From: Schmidtea polychroa
Lineage: Eukaryota
DNA length: 64,000 nucleotides
Assembly (NCBI GenBank): GCA_044892525.1
Contig: CM097887.1
Coordinates: forward strand, 115,112,397 to 115,176,396
Direction: 5' to 3'
The position numbers were made by a program, and so were the translations under genes. Below, piece by piece: positions 29,520 through 43,200 of the stretch. The notes below the pieces were generated by a model. The model did no database searches. It had not been told where the DNA came from and saw nothing but the letters and a program-made list of their open reading frames with translations. Positions within the stretch are counted from its first letter, which is position 1, and the number at the start of each line of letters is the position of its first letter.

Positions 29520-32500
29520 TCCCCCCTTCTTTAAAATGCTTTAACTTTTCTATATTCCTCGTTATTTTTCTCCCATTTTCGTCTGTTAATAAATAACTTC
29601 TTTCATGATTTCGTTTTATTATTGTGTATGGTCCTTCATATCTCTCGTGATCTTTGTTTCTAATTTCTTGTTTCACCAATACTTTGTCCCCAACTTCTAA
29701 GTTCCTAGTTGTGCCAATTTCTTTCGCTTGCTGTCTTTTAGCCTCTAATTTCCGCATGATTTCATTTCTATCCACTTCATTATTACTATGCCATTGCGAT
29801 CTATTAATCTTTCTTCCAAATATAATTTCTGCTGGAATCACTCCAGTAGTTTTTTGAGCTGTCGCATTTAAAACGTATTCTATATCAGGTATTAATTCTG
29901 CCCAGCTTTTTTTAACTCCTTCTCTGAGTGACGCGTTAATATAGTCTCTTATAGTACGAAATTTTCTTTCAATTACACAATTAGTATTATGATGATACGG
30001 ACTCGAAAATATCAACTCCATTCCTGCTGCCTTTTCTAGTTCTTTAATGCTATTTGCTTCGAAATTCTTTCCACAATCAACATGTAGTTCCTTAGGGGCT
30101 CCAAATTTCAATATCCAATTATTTAACAAAACTGCCTTTATTGTATTTTCATCTTGCTTTCTAATAGGAGTTAGAGATATGTATTTACTGTAATGATCGA
30201 TTATTGCACAAATATATTTTTCTCCTCTGAAGGTTTCTCTTAATGGACCGCAAATATCCATGTATATTTTCTCCATAGGTTCTGAAGCTTGAATTACTTG
30301 GGTTTTTTCTTTTGACTTTGTAGTTAAAACTTTGTTTTTCTGGCATGCTTCACATATTGAAATAGTCTCTTTTACTTCATTTAGCAAATCTTCCATATCA
30401 AAATTGTTCCTAATATATTTCATAACTTTTTCTACTCCTGCGTGGCATAATAATAAATGTGTAAATAAATTTCTCGTCTCTTTGTTTCTGGTATCCATAT
30501 TTTGTTTTGATTGGTATAGATAATATTTCCTTTTAACATATATTTATTATTTTTCCTTTCATTTATTTGATCTTTTATATCTTGTATTTCTGCATTATCT
30601 CTTTGCCATTCATTTCCATTATTTTCGGTCATCAATGTTAACAATCTAGTTTTTAATCGCCATGATTTGGGGTTATCATGGTCATTCAAACATTGTACAC
30701 ATTTGCCGCATGTATTTCTAGACAGCATATCTGCATTCGTATGCGCCGTATCTTTTCTGAACTCCATTTTTATGTCTAAACTGCTCAAGTAATTTATCCA
30801 CGTTTGGAACTGTGCTGTTATCGGCTTCTTTGTCGTTAACATAAAAGTTATTGCTTTATGATCAGTGCGCAAAACAAACCGTTTACCGTATAAATAATGG
30901 TTGAAATGGCGACAGAAATAATATATAGCCAAAAGCTTTTTTCGTGTTATACAATATCCTCTTTCATGGCTACTCATTGCATGGGATCCATATGCAATTG
31001 CGTGTTCATGCCCCATTTCATCTCTTTGTGATAATACAGCTCCAATTGTATCAAAGCTTGCGTCTGTATCTAATATGAATTCTTTCTTGAAATCTGGAAA
31101 TACGAGAATTGGCGCTGTAGTCAACGCCATTTTCATTTCTTCGAAAGCTTTCTCACATTCCTCAGACCAGATTATTTTTTCACTATTGCTTCCACATATG
31201 CTTTTTAGCGCTCTTGATTTTGTAGCATATTCCTTAATAAATCTCCGATAATAGTTACATATACCTAAAAAGCTTCTCAAATTCTTTATACACTTAGGCC
31301 TCTGAAATGATTTAATAGCCTCAATTTTACTTTGATCTGTCCGAATCCCCTGACTGTTAATAATGTGCCCTAAAAACTTTACTTCGCTCTTTAATAACTG
31401 ACATTTTTCTGGGTTGATTCTCAATTTAGCTTCCCGTATGTTCTCTAGAACTTTTCCAAACACATTGTAATGTTCTTCAATTGTTCTTGTAAAAATTAAA
31501 ATATCGTCTAAATACACCATAACTCCTTCTTTCCATAGATCTTTCAATATTTTTGTCATTAATTCTTGGAATGTACCCGGTGCCGCCGCAATGCCAAAAG
31601 GCATTCTATTAAAACAAAATTGCCCTTCTTTAGTAGAAAATGCTGTCTTTTCTTGCGATTCTATGTCCAATTTCACCTGATAATAAGCGTTCCCAAGGTC
31701 TATAGAACTAAAGTACTTAGATCCATGTAATGTATCTAGAATTTCTTCTACATTCGGCATAGGAAAAGCTTGTCTTTCAGTAATCTTATTAAGCTGTCTA
31801 AAATCTAAACAAAGTCTGATATCTTTTTTGTCTTTTTTCCACACGCATACTAACGGCGTATTCCAAGGTGAATTACATCTTCTTATGATATCATTATTTT
31901 CTAAATTTTTTATAGCAGCATTTATTTTCTCCTCTAAATTGATGGGTTGTCTTCTGGGTTTTATCATAATTGGCCCTTCTTTTGTGATGATTTTATGTGC
32001 AATTAAATCAGTACATCCGATATCCCAGTTCTTAGCCATAAAAACACTTTTATTGTTTTTAACAATCTCTAACAGTCTTTTATTTTCGTGTAATCTTAGA
32101 ATTTCTATTGCTTTTTGACATCTCTCGTTATCTGTAATCTTTTCCCCAAATCTAGCTTCTATTTCACATACAAATTCATTATATCATTCTTCATTTTGCT
32201 TGATGTAGTTTAATTCAATTCCAAACTCTTTCTGGAATTCCACTCCGCCTATTATATCGAACAATATTTTTAACTATTATAAATGTTATTTTTCTTTCCA
32301 TATTACCAATTCTAACATCAATATATATTTTTCCGATTGTCTCTAATTTACTATCATTTGCACATCTTAACATCTCATCTGTTTTTATGATTTTCACATT
32401 CACTAATTTTTCCACAACTGCTTCTGCCATTACATTTACTCTTGCTCCTGTATCTAGTAAGCATTCCATTCTATAACTCTGAATTTCAAGATTTGTACTC

Positions 32501-32529
32501 GGTCTACCTTGCATTTTGTCATAACTCAA
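29515..32529 (-). pseudogene. pol: Disrupted pol (PR 32215-32529, RT-RH 30432-32039, IN 29515-30498)
   Basis: LLDTGARVN; YLDDILI; LDTDAS; MDICGP, HVDCG, GPYTI; split over several frames. Confidence 0.9.
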
Positions 32530-33142
32530 TTTCGGTCGTTTCCATTCATCTTTAGTGAAAATATTTTGCTCCTCTGATATTTCATTAATCCACCCAATTT
32601 CCTTTCTCTCTAATTTATCTTCTGCCTTCTTAATAAATTTATAAATTTTTTCATTTACTATTTTATTATTATATTCTGCTTCTTTAATTTCATTATACTC
32701 TTCTTGATTCTTAGGATTATTATTATTATTTATTAAAGATCGATCAGCATTAAAATAACTATAACATTTAAAATTATTTAAAGGAAACTTTTTAAAATTA
32801 CAAATATTATTACATAAAGGTTCTACATTATTATATATATAAGGATTATTTACATTATTAAAATTATTATGACCAATATTTACATCAATATCAAAATTAC
32901 CTAGTATATTGCTCCGATCATTGCCTCCCGTGTCGAAGAATGTACTTTTGGGTGCTGAATCTCCTCATATTTGTCTTCTGCATCGTCTGAATACTCCAGT
33001 GGCATCGTCTCATCATTAGGTTCAATTGCTGCAATTGTTCTTCTTGGATTGTTGATCTTTTGTTGATAGCTTGTGGTTCGATGGGCATAATAATTATTGT
33101 TTCTCATGTTTGAATTAGTTTGAAACTTCCTTCTTTCCAAAT

Positions 33143-33939
33143 TTGTATAGCAGTCAATCTCCTTATATCGACGTAAGTGACATCTCTGGCATTGAATCGT
33201 TGAACATTCTCACCGTACGTGGCCTTCAACTCCGCATGCAAAACATGTCATTTTCTTTTTCATTTGGCATTCTCGACTCACATGACCAGTTTTCTTGCAT
33301 GTCCAGAATTCCAATTGTCGGTTACTGACGTTTCGCTGCTTGAAATTATTATTTCCGTTTACCATTCCTCTTTGAGCAACATCTCTGTAGCTTCTGTAGT
33401 TTTGAACAACCGGTGAAGTCTTCACAACATTAATATGGCCCATAATTTTGTTTACCTTTTCTAATTTCTTTATTGTCGCTTTTATTTCTTCTGATGTTTT
33501 CAAATCTTTCATCTCGATCTCTTTTTTAACTTCTCGATCTCTTACACAGTTTGTAAGCAGGCATTTTTCTATTTCTTCTTCATCCCATTTGTGCGCTATT
33601 AATTTCTTTGTCATCTTTTTAATTGTCTCTATAAAAGTTTCGGCTGAATCTGATCCTTGTTCATAACTCAAAGCTTCTTTTAGATCATCCATTAATGATG
33701 TCGATTTTGAAAATGCATATCGAAGTTTATCTTCCATAGTTTTTCCTTCGGCTGCTTCATAATCTTCCATTAGCGATCTGTCAAGTAATGTTGTAGTTAA
33801 TATTACTTGCATCCTAATTGTTGTTTTTGTCGCGCCAAAAACCTTTGACAATCCTTGATAAAATTTTCTAAATCATCGCCTTTGTGAAATTTCTCAGGTA
33901 ATAGTCTGCTTATCAATAAATCCGTGGTCGTGGTCGCCA
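33143..33939 (-). pseudogene. gag: gag of the young Gypsy with two CCHC zinc knuckles, frameshifted
   Basis: CKKTGHVSREC and CFACGVEGHVR; alignable to the gag at 41103-41849. Confidence 0.8.
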
Positions 33940-34233
33940 TGTTAGACACAATTAAATTCAAGTCTTCTTCAAGCATTTATTTTTATAACAACTTCAAAAA
34001 TTGAGCCGTTTACTAGAATATTTAAACACCGAGGCGTGATAATTAATAATATTAATGTAATTACTGGTCATACATTTAATTGATTTAATTTAATATAATT
34101 TAATATAATATGGTATAATTTAATATAGAATTTAAATATACAAATTTAACAGAAATAATTATTTCTACTAACTGATCTCACTTCTACCATTTAACCATAA
34201 TAATTTTATATAGAGATTTACTAACTCCTTACA
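33940..34233 (-). repeat. 5' LTR of the young Gypsy
   Basis: Direct repeat of 29226-29519; PBS adjacent. Confidence 0.95.
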
Positions 34234-35464
34234 CTACTAAAGAAGTTTTTCCATGTCTGAAATTGTGGCGTTATAGGTTTTTTAGTTGTCATCATAAATG
34301 TTATAGTCTTGTGGTCCGTTCTTAGCTGGAATCGCGTGCCGTAAAGATAATGCTTAAAATGCTAATAATAAATTAATAAATTGCTAAAAGTTTTTTTCTC
34401 GTGATACAAAATCCTATTTCATCTTTAGTCATCGTATGTGAACTACTACAAAAACAAATTTTTCTTCTCTATTTCCTATATTTATTCTAAGCTTGAGTCT
34501 TCCCAAAATTTTTAATGGACTACCATTTGCGCACCAAATTTTGTCTCCGTGTTCGTTTAAAACTGGATTTCTGATTTTTTTATAATCGAACTATCAATCA
34601 CATTCATTCTAGCTTCTGTATCCAACAAACAATTCTTAAAGTAATTATTTATGTCTATTATTACACTTGGACGTCCTCCCATTTTATCATAAACAATATT
34701 ATACTGATCCTTCTTCAAATATGTTTCACTTCTATTTTGTATTCTACAGTCACATGTATCAAATATTCTATCCTTTTCATTATGTGCATAAATCATATTT
34801 TCTGCCTTTTTTAATTTTTTTACGTCATCTATCGATAAAATTTGAGTACAATTATTTCCGCATTATTTTTTATTATCGTCATCAATTTTTATTTTTTTAA
34901 AATTGTTTTCATTCGGCTTATTTAAAATCAGTGCTCGAAGTGGAACAAAATATGTGCCGGGATAGGCATGCTGTGGCACCCGGGATTTCAGGCTTTTATG
35001 CAGAAATTTTCATTTGGGGGTGTTGCAAAGCTTTGGGGGGTGTCCAACAAATTTTTTTGGGGGGGGGGGGTGTCCACCCATTTAATCATAAGTTTCAGGG
35101 GGTGTACCTGTTTTAATGTGGGGGGGTGTCAAACAATTTGGGGGGGGGGGGGTAAATCCCTGCGGGATTCTCATTTTTAACCAGGCAAAATGACAGAGAT
35201 TTTTTGCATGTGTAAATTTGTCTGATAAATAATCGGAAATTTTGTTTCAAATATAAAGCGTCAACGTCTTACTCTGATAGTCCTTTTGGTAATAGCCCAT
35301 TTTCTCACATTACCTCAAAAAAACTGCAAATTCACTTAACTTTCTACGTGCTTTTATTCAACATTTAATTACAGTAAAATATATTAAAGAACTGGTAGCA
35401 CTAAATGCTGTCAAACATGTTGAGAACATATCGTCAACAGAGTGGGAATAACACTAACAAACCC

Positions 35465-37815
35465 TCATAACTTGCAGAGAGAGTACATTGATGTTTCGCT
35501 AACGGGATCATCACGGACAATTCGCGATAGGCAGTTCTTTTCGTCTGTATGTCTGTGACCACTGGTTAGCCAACTTTGCACATAAGCAGAGGGCTTCCAT
35601 AATCTTAATGGGGGACCCACAAGGCGAATCATCATTAGTGCAGAAGCACGCGATATGGATAAGCTTGAGCGGCAGTCAGTAACAATTAGATTCATGGCAC
35701 TGAACGTTCACACTCGGCAGTTGATACAGGAATGCATTCTATTGTACGGAGAAGTGGCAGCAGTTGTTGTGAAATGCGCTTGCCACCATTTTCAATAAAT
35801 TCCCGCATCCCCTGGAGAGAGCTAGCAGTGTCGATTTTGAATCGGGTGCAAAGCGCCCGGATACTGTCATCACCGTATAAAATATCCATTGAATCCGGCC
35901 AGAAGGATGGGTATAACACTTTAAGGTGATTGTAAAGCAGCGTGTTCGTAGAATGTGCGGATGTTACGTTGCTGGAATGATGTGTTGGGAGAAGTCGCGA
36001 TTCCAGATTGTCTCGTAAGGCTTGGAAAAACCGATTAGCATAAATGAGTACATCGCATTTGCTGCCCTCGTGCAGGGTAATTCCTTTGAACGCTGGTTTT
36101 TCAGAGATTTCACACAAATGCTTTCCTCTTCCTTTTTTTAGGGACTCTAGGACAAGCAGCTCACGGTTGATGAGTTTGTGTGCCTCTGGAATGCTCATGT
36201 CCCGGCGCTGTAGAGAAAGTGAAAGGTCTGCTAGCTCTTGTAAGCCATCGTACATCACAGCTAAATTGTGCACAAAAGTGAAAGTAGATAACCGTAGAGA
36301 AAGGCCAATGTAGGTAGCCTGCTCTCGTTTATCTCTGGATGGATCTATGGCAGCCTGTTGAAAGTGATAATAGAGAGCTGGATAATTTTCCCATGCTGCT
36401 TTTATTGTCCGCACGCTTGATGCCACCCAACGTGTACTTAATATTCGTCCAATCGAAAGCAGTTGCTGTCCAAGTGAATTTGCTACATCGTGCAATTCCC
36501 GTTGATTTTTAGGTGAGGCATGATACAAACTGTACAGTTTATCCATAAAACAACGGAAATTGTTTACTCCACAAACCTCTTCTACAGTATCTCCTACTCC
36601 CAATTCTAAACGGTGTGCCGCACAGTGCCAGATAACAACGTGGGGGAATTTCCTCACAATAAGTGCACCAACTCCAGCGCGACGTCCCAACATAACTGAA
36701 GCGCCATCACAGCAAAAGCCAATCCAATTTTCAGTGAGATAAGCTTCACCAATACCGTGCTTCTCCAAAGAAACTAGAAGATCTTGAAATATAACTTGGG
36801 ATGTCGTTCCATTCAATTCAATTAAATCCAGGAAGACAGTATTGACCTCATGGTGCAAGACGCAGCGAATGTAAATTATCAACGTAGCTTTTTGGCTAAG
36901 TGAGGTCGATTCATCAATGAGGATAGATATCTTGGCATTCTGACTAATGATTTCCTCCAACATCCTTTTACGCATCTCTTTTGCAATGTGGTCAATTATA
37001 TTGGCGCATGCATGATCGCTGTGGAGAATCCTTCCCATGTCTATTCCATTGAGCCGTTGCAAGTCGATTTCCATCTCCCTGTCCGAAAAAGGCCTGTTTA
37101 ACTTGGCCTGTTTATATGCCGTTCGGAAAACTCTTTCAGTAGATGCCTCATAAGCTTTACAATGAATAGTTGCCAGATTTTCCATAATCGCAGATTTCTG
37201 AGTATTCAATATCATACATGCTGTCTTATGTGCTGAGCTATTCAAGTGATCAAGCATCTTTTTGCGGAGAGACTGTTGCTGCTTTGCAAGAGTGTCACCA
37301 TAGTGTGTAACATTTGCCAACATCCATTCCTCTGACATTTTGACGCCACGACTTTTATGCGGACCAAGCAATTTCACCTTGTGACACGTGGAACATCCTA
37401 AATTCTTAGCAGAAACAATCAGCCAATCATATTTGCTTTTGTATTTCAGCCAGGTTTCTACTGTCCAACAATCAGGTATAGATGGAGAATCACGTTGCAC
37501 TGTCTCAGAGTCATTGGGGATAATGGTGATTGACGATGAGAAACTAGAAGTAGATGGAGAATCACGTTGCACTGTCTCAGAGTCATTGGGGATAATGGTG
37601 ATTGACGATGACACACTAGAAGTAGATGGAGAATCACGTTGCACTGTCTCAGAGTCATTGGGGATAATGGTGATTGACGATGACACACTAGAAGTAGATG
37701 GAGAATCACTTCGTTGCATTTTCAGAGCCTTCGGCTTAAAAAAATCATCAATCCGTTTCACTCGTTTAAGAGACATGAGTAACTCAGACAAAAGGCTCAC
37801 AAGCAATAGTGTCAA
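35465..37815 (-). pseudogene. hAT transposase with a frameshift in the dimerisation domain (~35697)
   Basis: IDESTS, CCDGASVM, WHCAAHRLEL, STRW, STAECER; the C-terminus (AMNLI..) continues in ORF 35465..35695. Confidence 0.88.
37481..37709. repeat. In-frame 72-bp tandem repeat (3 units plus a partial) in the transposase N-terminus
   Basis: GATGGAGAATCAC starts at 37481, 37553, 37625 and 37697; encodes RDSPSTSSVSSSITIIPNDSETVQ. Confidence 0.95.
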
Positions 37816-37886
37816 TAGAGAATGTGAGTGGACAGTCCAAATGTGTGAGATAAGAATAGAGGGATAGAAAGAGCTAGACTATATGT

Positions 37887-39806
37887 TAGGGTGGAGCTTA
37901 TTTTTGAACTTTCAAAATATTACCTTCTTACCCTCCCATTCTGTTCCTATATATGAAAGAAAAATTCAGGCAAAATATGAACACAATTGAACAATATTTA
38001 GGGGTAGCTCAAGGACAGAGAAGTTTCTGATACTCTTAAGCAGCGGCCGCCCATTTATTTACGGTACTTTACTATAGTAACTGAGAACTAAGTAAATTGA
38101 GACTTTCTCAGACTCTGATAATCATACAACATTTCAATCCTATTTTTACAATATATAATTAACACAAATTCTTCATAGTCCAGGCATGATCAGACTTGTT
38201 TAGTATGTTTACTGTGTGGACTGGCTATTGCATGAGTTTGACAAATGTGTTTATAAATTTAAATTGTAAACAGTTGATAACACTACTATTAAAGTGAGCA
38301 TTAAATTGCTGGTAGGCCACTGAAGTGAAGCAAGCCTTCCTGAATCTATAGCTGCTGGTAAGTTAGTTGAATGTTATTTGAATATTGAATATTATTTTAA
38401 ATGTTTAAGTGTGAATAGTAATTAAATGAAGATATAGATTAGTTAGATAAGTAAATGTGAATTTTGTAATACAATTATTCAAATTAACATATCAATCCAT
38501 GATTCCAAAGTCAATGCTATTTTTATAATATTCATTTCAGATTCATTTCTGTAAGAAAATGTCATCAGTTGCAAAAGCAACACGATCTCAAACTGAGTTG
38601 TATCTTCTTGGCGATTCCGTGACTCAGTTACGTGGCAGCAAGCTGCCATCTTTACGTATGGCTCTTGGACTCTTCCTACATCACCATCTGGAACTGAAAG
38701 AGACAATAAGACAATCATCGGCTGTTACCATTACAGAAGTATCGAAGTTTTGGCAGAAAGCGAGGATCCCGATGAGAGATCATCAAAACTGCCAAACCAA
38801 GGTTGAGCATGCATTTGAAGAATGGCGTCTTCTGAAAAAGAACAAGGCACGATTATCAGCAACTCAACTAGCGAGAGAATCAGCTTTTAGTTCCAAGCTC
38901 GAAGATCTCTTTGATCTTGCTCATGCTGATGCACTGACCAGCCCCTCGGTACTACAGGAAGATAAAAATTTCTTGTTAGCCCAGAGAGAAAAAGGAAGAA
39001 GGGGGTCGATGACTGGTGCAGATGAAAAACTTGCTGCTAAGGAGAAAAGATCATTTGAACGAGATGAGCAAATGCTTGCGAGGCGACAGCGAATGGAGCA
39101 AGTGAAGCAGTTAGCAGCTTCTACCGCTGAACTGATATCGTCATCTTCTGAAACCAGCTTAGATGGTGGAAACATGAAAAGTGGAGAAAATCTGAGTGAT
39201 GATGCTGCAGGAGGCAGCACATTTCGGACGCCAAAAAGAAAGAGGGGGCGAAAAACTGTTATTACTCCAGAACTTGCAGTAGCTTTAGATAGAACTAAAG
39301 TGTCAGATCGCAAGGCTGTTTTCGTTATTGCAGAAACTGCTAAAAGCCTGGGACAGAACATCGATGAACTTGCTCTAAACAGAGACTCGATTCGACGACT
39401 TAGGGTAGAACATCGAGTTCAGAGAGCTGCCAACATAAAAGCAAAGTTCCAGGATAATGTACCACTTGTAGTTCATTGGGACGGCAAACTGATTCCTGAT
39501 CTGATTGGAAAGGAGAAGGTTGATCGACTGCCGGTTTTGGTTTCTGAAAAAGGAGTATCTCAGCTACTTACAGTTGCTAAGCTTCCATCTGGAACACTGA
39601 AGTTTGCAAAAAAATAAAATAGAATCAGAATTTGTTGAATTTACAAAAATTTTATCATATTTCAGGCACTTGAGCTACCTCTAAACATAAAAATTTATTG
39701 CTTAAACTTTTTATACAGTGTTTCTATACCATAAGGAACAGATTAGGGGGGTAAGACTTTCAAAAATTATTTTTTTATTTTTTTTTATTTTTTAAGCTCC
39801 ACCCTA
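37887..39806 (+). mobile_element. Internally deleted hATm-type transposon nested in the hAT
   Basis: TIR TAGGGTGGAGCTTA at both ends, 8-bp TSD CTATATGT; truncated transposase 38559..39617 (KLPS..FWQKARIP, VHWDGKL). Confidence 0.9.
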
Positions 39807-41102
39807 CTATATGTGGTCGTGATTATGAGTTGCTATTAATTTAATTGGTCCATTTAATAGACACAAAATAAGTAATAACACACCCTTTGTGTAAGCTACG
39901 CAGTGCCCGTGACAAGAAACTCATGCCTACACTTTCACACACACACCTTTAATACATCAAAACTCATACTATATACAGTGGATAAGAAGTACGATAAAGG
40001 CATTGAAGCGGTCCTATCTCTTACATATTGTGATTGTCAATATGTGCATGTGTATGTATATCTGCGTAGCACATATATGTTTTCTTATCACGTTAATTAT
40101 AACAGCTCTCTGCTTGTGAAATCATGCACACATTATATATAGAGGGAGTCGCAGTATAAATAACTCAACAAACAACTTGCTGGTTTAACTAAAATAAATA
40201 AGAGAATATACCTACCTATCCATTACTGCTGCTTGGGAAATTCTTAATTGAATAGAGAATAGAGAATAAAGAATATATATATATATATATATACATACAT
40301 ATATGGATGTACTATGTGTGACCTTAATTGCAGTATTTGTGTGCCTATAAAATGAAATAAGTACCGGGATAAACCTATAGATTATATGAAATGAAGTGCC
40401 GGGATGCAATTCCGCCTACATAATCAATGCCGGGATAATATCCCGGCTATCCCGCCTCACTTCGAGCACTGTTTAAAATAATTGCATCATGAATATCCGT
40501 AACTTTACTTTTTACTGATTTTAATTTTTACATTTTCCATTATTTCGCATTGATTCGCTCTTTTAAAATTTGTTTCCAGCTCATTATTTTCTTAAACTAT
40601 ATCGATATTTCCTGCAATTCTACTACTACAATTATTTCTAATTATATTATTCTCATTACACATTTTATTATTTACTTTATTTAAATTATCTACGAAATTA
40701 TCTATCATGTTATTATTTCTATTTTCTACTTTATATACATTATTTACAAAAGGAATTATACTACTACTATTTACTACTAATACTATTTATATATTAATAT
40801 CTACTTATACATTTATACTGACATACACAATCGTCATTATTACCCATTAATTCATTGCTCCGATCATCTCGCTTCGATGGAGCTTCTTGGTCTGGGTAGT
40901 ATTAGTCTTGACATGAGATCTTTTCGTCGTTCTAGGCTTGATCAGTCTGAAACGCGGCTACCTGTGTCCGTCTTGGTGGTCCATACTCGTCTGCGTATCT
41001 TCTTCTGTCTGTCTGATTCCAGCATTGAAATCGTAAGTGGCCTCTTCTACCGTATCCTAAGCACGATATTAATTGATATTCTCTTCTGTTGTGTCCAATA
41101 TC

Positions 41103-41849
41103 TTAACACACAAAGCATCTCATCTCTGCATTCTGTGCTCTCTGATTGCACTCTCTGGATTGGTGCCCTTCTTTTCCACATTGGAAGCATCTCTGAACCC
41201 TTGGTTTCCGACACTCCTGACAATTCCAACATGTAATAACTCTTCTGTTTCTAACCGGCATTCCTCTTTGTTGGAATTTGTTCTGGAAATTATCGGCATT
41301 CACTTTCGGTGTTAAATCATATCTTTGTTCACTCCGATGTGAATTTGTAAAATTTCTGCTTTGGTTCTGTCTATCGGCAAATCCTTGTATTGTCTTGACA
41401 ATACTCGCAAGCGTTTCCTTCCTTCTATTTAGAACTGAGATTCCGGATACCTCAATGTTTATATCATCGACATTCTTTATCACTCCTTTTATTTCGTCGA
41501 CGCTCATCGCATTTATCATCTTTATTTCTTTCTGTGTATCATTGTCTTTGATACACTGAACCAAAAAATATGACATTAATTCTTTCTTGTCCCATTTGTG
41601 CTTCAGAACTTGGTCAACCATCTTTTCTATTTCTTCGAAATATACTGTGGCAGTATCCTCGTTCTTTCCATAGTTGCAGAGGGTTAGAAGATCCCCTATC
41701 AACGTCGTTGGTTTCTTGTAAGCGTTTTTCAATCTGTCTTCAAAACAAGTCAGAGTAACCAACGGTCGACTTTTTTGTATCATAAAACCCAACAAGATTA
41801 TAAATCTCAATATGAGAAAGGGGATTTCAATAAAGTTTAATGTTTTCAT
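41103..41849 (-). pseudogene. gag: gag of the old Gypsy with zinc knuckles
   Basis: CFQCGKEGHQSREC; HKWDKKEL homologous to HKWDEEEI of the young element. Confidence 0.8.
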
Positions 41850-41899
41850 GAGTTAGTAAATTTGTTAGGACAGGCAAAATGTATAAAATTTAAAAAATG

Positions 41900-43200
41900 A
41901 AAATTACAAATTATCAAAATAAATTAAAAATTAAATTCGTAAAAAGTAAAAATCGAGAGCAAATAGTTAGATTTGTTAGTTTGTCGATTAACGTAAAAAG
42001 AAATAATAATAGCAAAGCCAAGGAGCAGTCAGAGAAACAAAGTCAAATGAATTAAATTAGATTGTGTTTTGATCTTTGAACCGAGTGTGATATTCATCGA
42101 ATTTATAAATTGTGAGATTAGGTGTATTTAGTTTTGTTTGAAATAAAGTTATTTTGTTGGAATTCGAATTTTATTTGCTTTGTCTTTATTTTCATTTGTC
42201 GTTTTTATTCGTAACGTAATAATGATAACCAGCAACACTTTAATTGTGGAAAAAGATTATCTATTAAAATCTAGATTGTTATCAACGTCTTCATCGCTGC
42301 AAAGAAATAAAGCATATTTAAATGGTCAAGTACTATGTTACTTGTGTAAATGTTATGGAGACGTGGCAAGGTTATGTCCAAGGGATGGAGAAAAGACTAT
42401 TCGATTTCAAGGTGATAGTTCCTTATCGACCAATATGACCTTTGAGTTTGAAAGACGAAAAATAAACTGAGAGAAATGAAACGAAAGTTAAATTCATCAA
42501 TGTCAAAATTTGAATATGATGAGTTTTCATTCTCTACTTGATAGTGACACCAGTTATAGTCAAATAAAAAATTAGGAAGAAAAGTTATCGAATACTGGAA
42601 TACTTTAGAAATCGAATTAATGACTTATCAACAATTATTTGGTGGGAAACAATAAGATAAGGACCGACCACAAACTGTTAATTGATTAAAAGATTCGATT
42701 ACATTTCAGTAATTTACATGGATCAGAAATCTAAGATTTCAAGATTGTACATAGATCTGAATAGCTGCAAGAGAATTCGGATTTTTTTATTATACCAAAT
42801 ACTAAGCAGTGTGAAATATATCATGAAACACCTTTAAAATCAATCGGAATAATAGAAGATTTACCAACAATAGAAAAGTTTAAAATATTAAAACTTTATT
42901 ATAAAAACCAACCAGGAGTCAAAAAACAATAGAGCTCGTTGACTATTTCAATGGGAATATATAAAAAAGTTAAAATTATAAGGTATTCTGTCGAGATAAG
43001 ATTCAAGACATCATTTCCTAAACATAAAATGATGAAAACACAATGATGTTATAATTCAGGGTGACACAAGCAATATCACAGACATATCACCCATAATTTA
43101 CTACAAAAAAATCAGCATGAGTGTACAAAATTAAAGGGGTACAAAAATACCATTTATGGCAACTGAAGATTCAATTATAACTCAAAAGAAAATTTTGAGA
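41900..43200 (+). pseudogene. Highly decayed retroelement fragments
   Basis: Degenerate knuckle CYLCKCYGDVARLCP (ORF 42180) and an RTDHK-like trace near 42660. Confidence 0.35.

Larger units (their letters stand above)
29226..34233 (-). mobile_element. Full-length young Ty3/Gypsy LTR retrotransposon (5,008 bp)
   Basis: 294-bp LTRs at 29226-29519 and 33940-34233 (TG..CA, 3 mismatches seen); 5-bp TSD CTACT; PBS TGGCGACCACG next to the 5' LTR; PPT AAGAAGGGGGG next to the 3' LTR. Confidence 0.95.
34929..40471 (-). mobile_element. hAT transposon (ZNF862-like transposase) inserted in the old Gypsy
   Basis: 14-bp TIRs CAGTGCTCGAAGTG, 8-bp TSD TTTAAAAT on both sides, subterminal CCGGGA repeats. Confidence 0.93.
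27830..41850 (-). mobile_element. Old, RT-deleted Ty3/Gypsy element hosting nested insertions
   Basis: PPT AAACAGGGGAGA followed by TG at 27967; integrase remnants 28113-29129; RNase H split by the young Gypsy (..QFQTWKNFFS|SLDMDIKYRK); protease LLDTEARMNV at 34557-34796 running directly into RH; gag with CCHC knuckles at 41103-41849. Confidence 0.75.

Noticed and set aside
37481-37709. CRISPR-like array
   Set aside because: Contiguous coding tandem repeat with no unique spacers, in a eukaryotic context.
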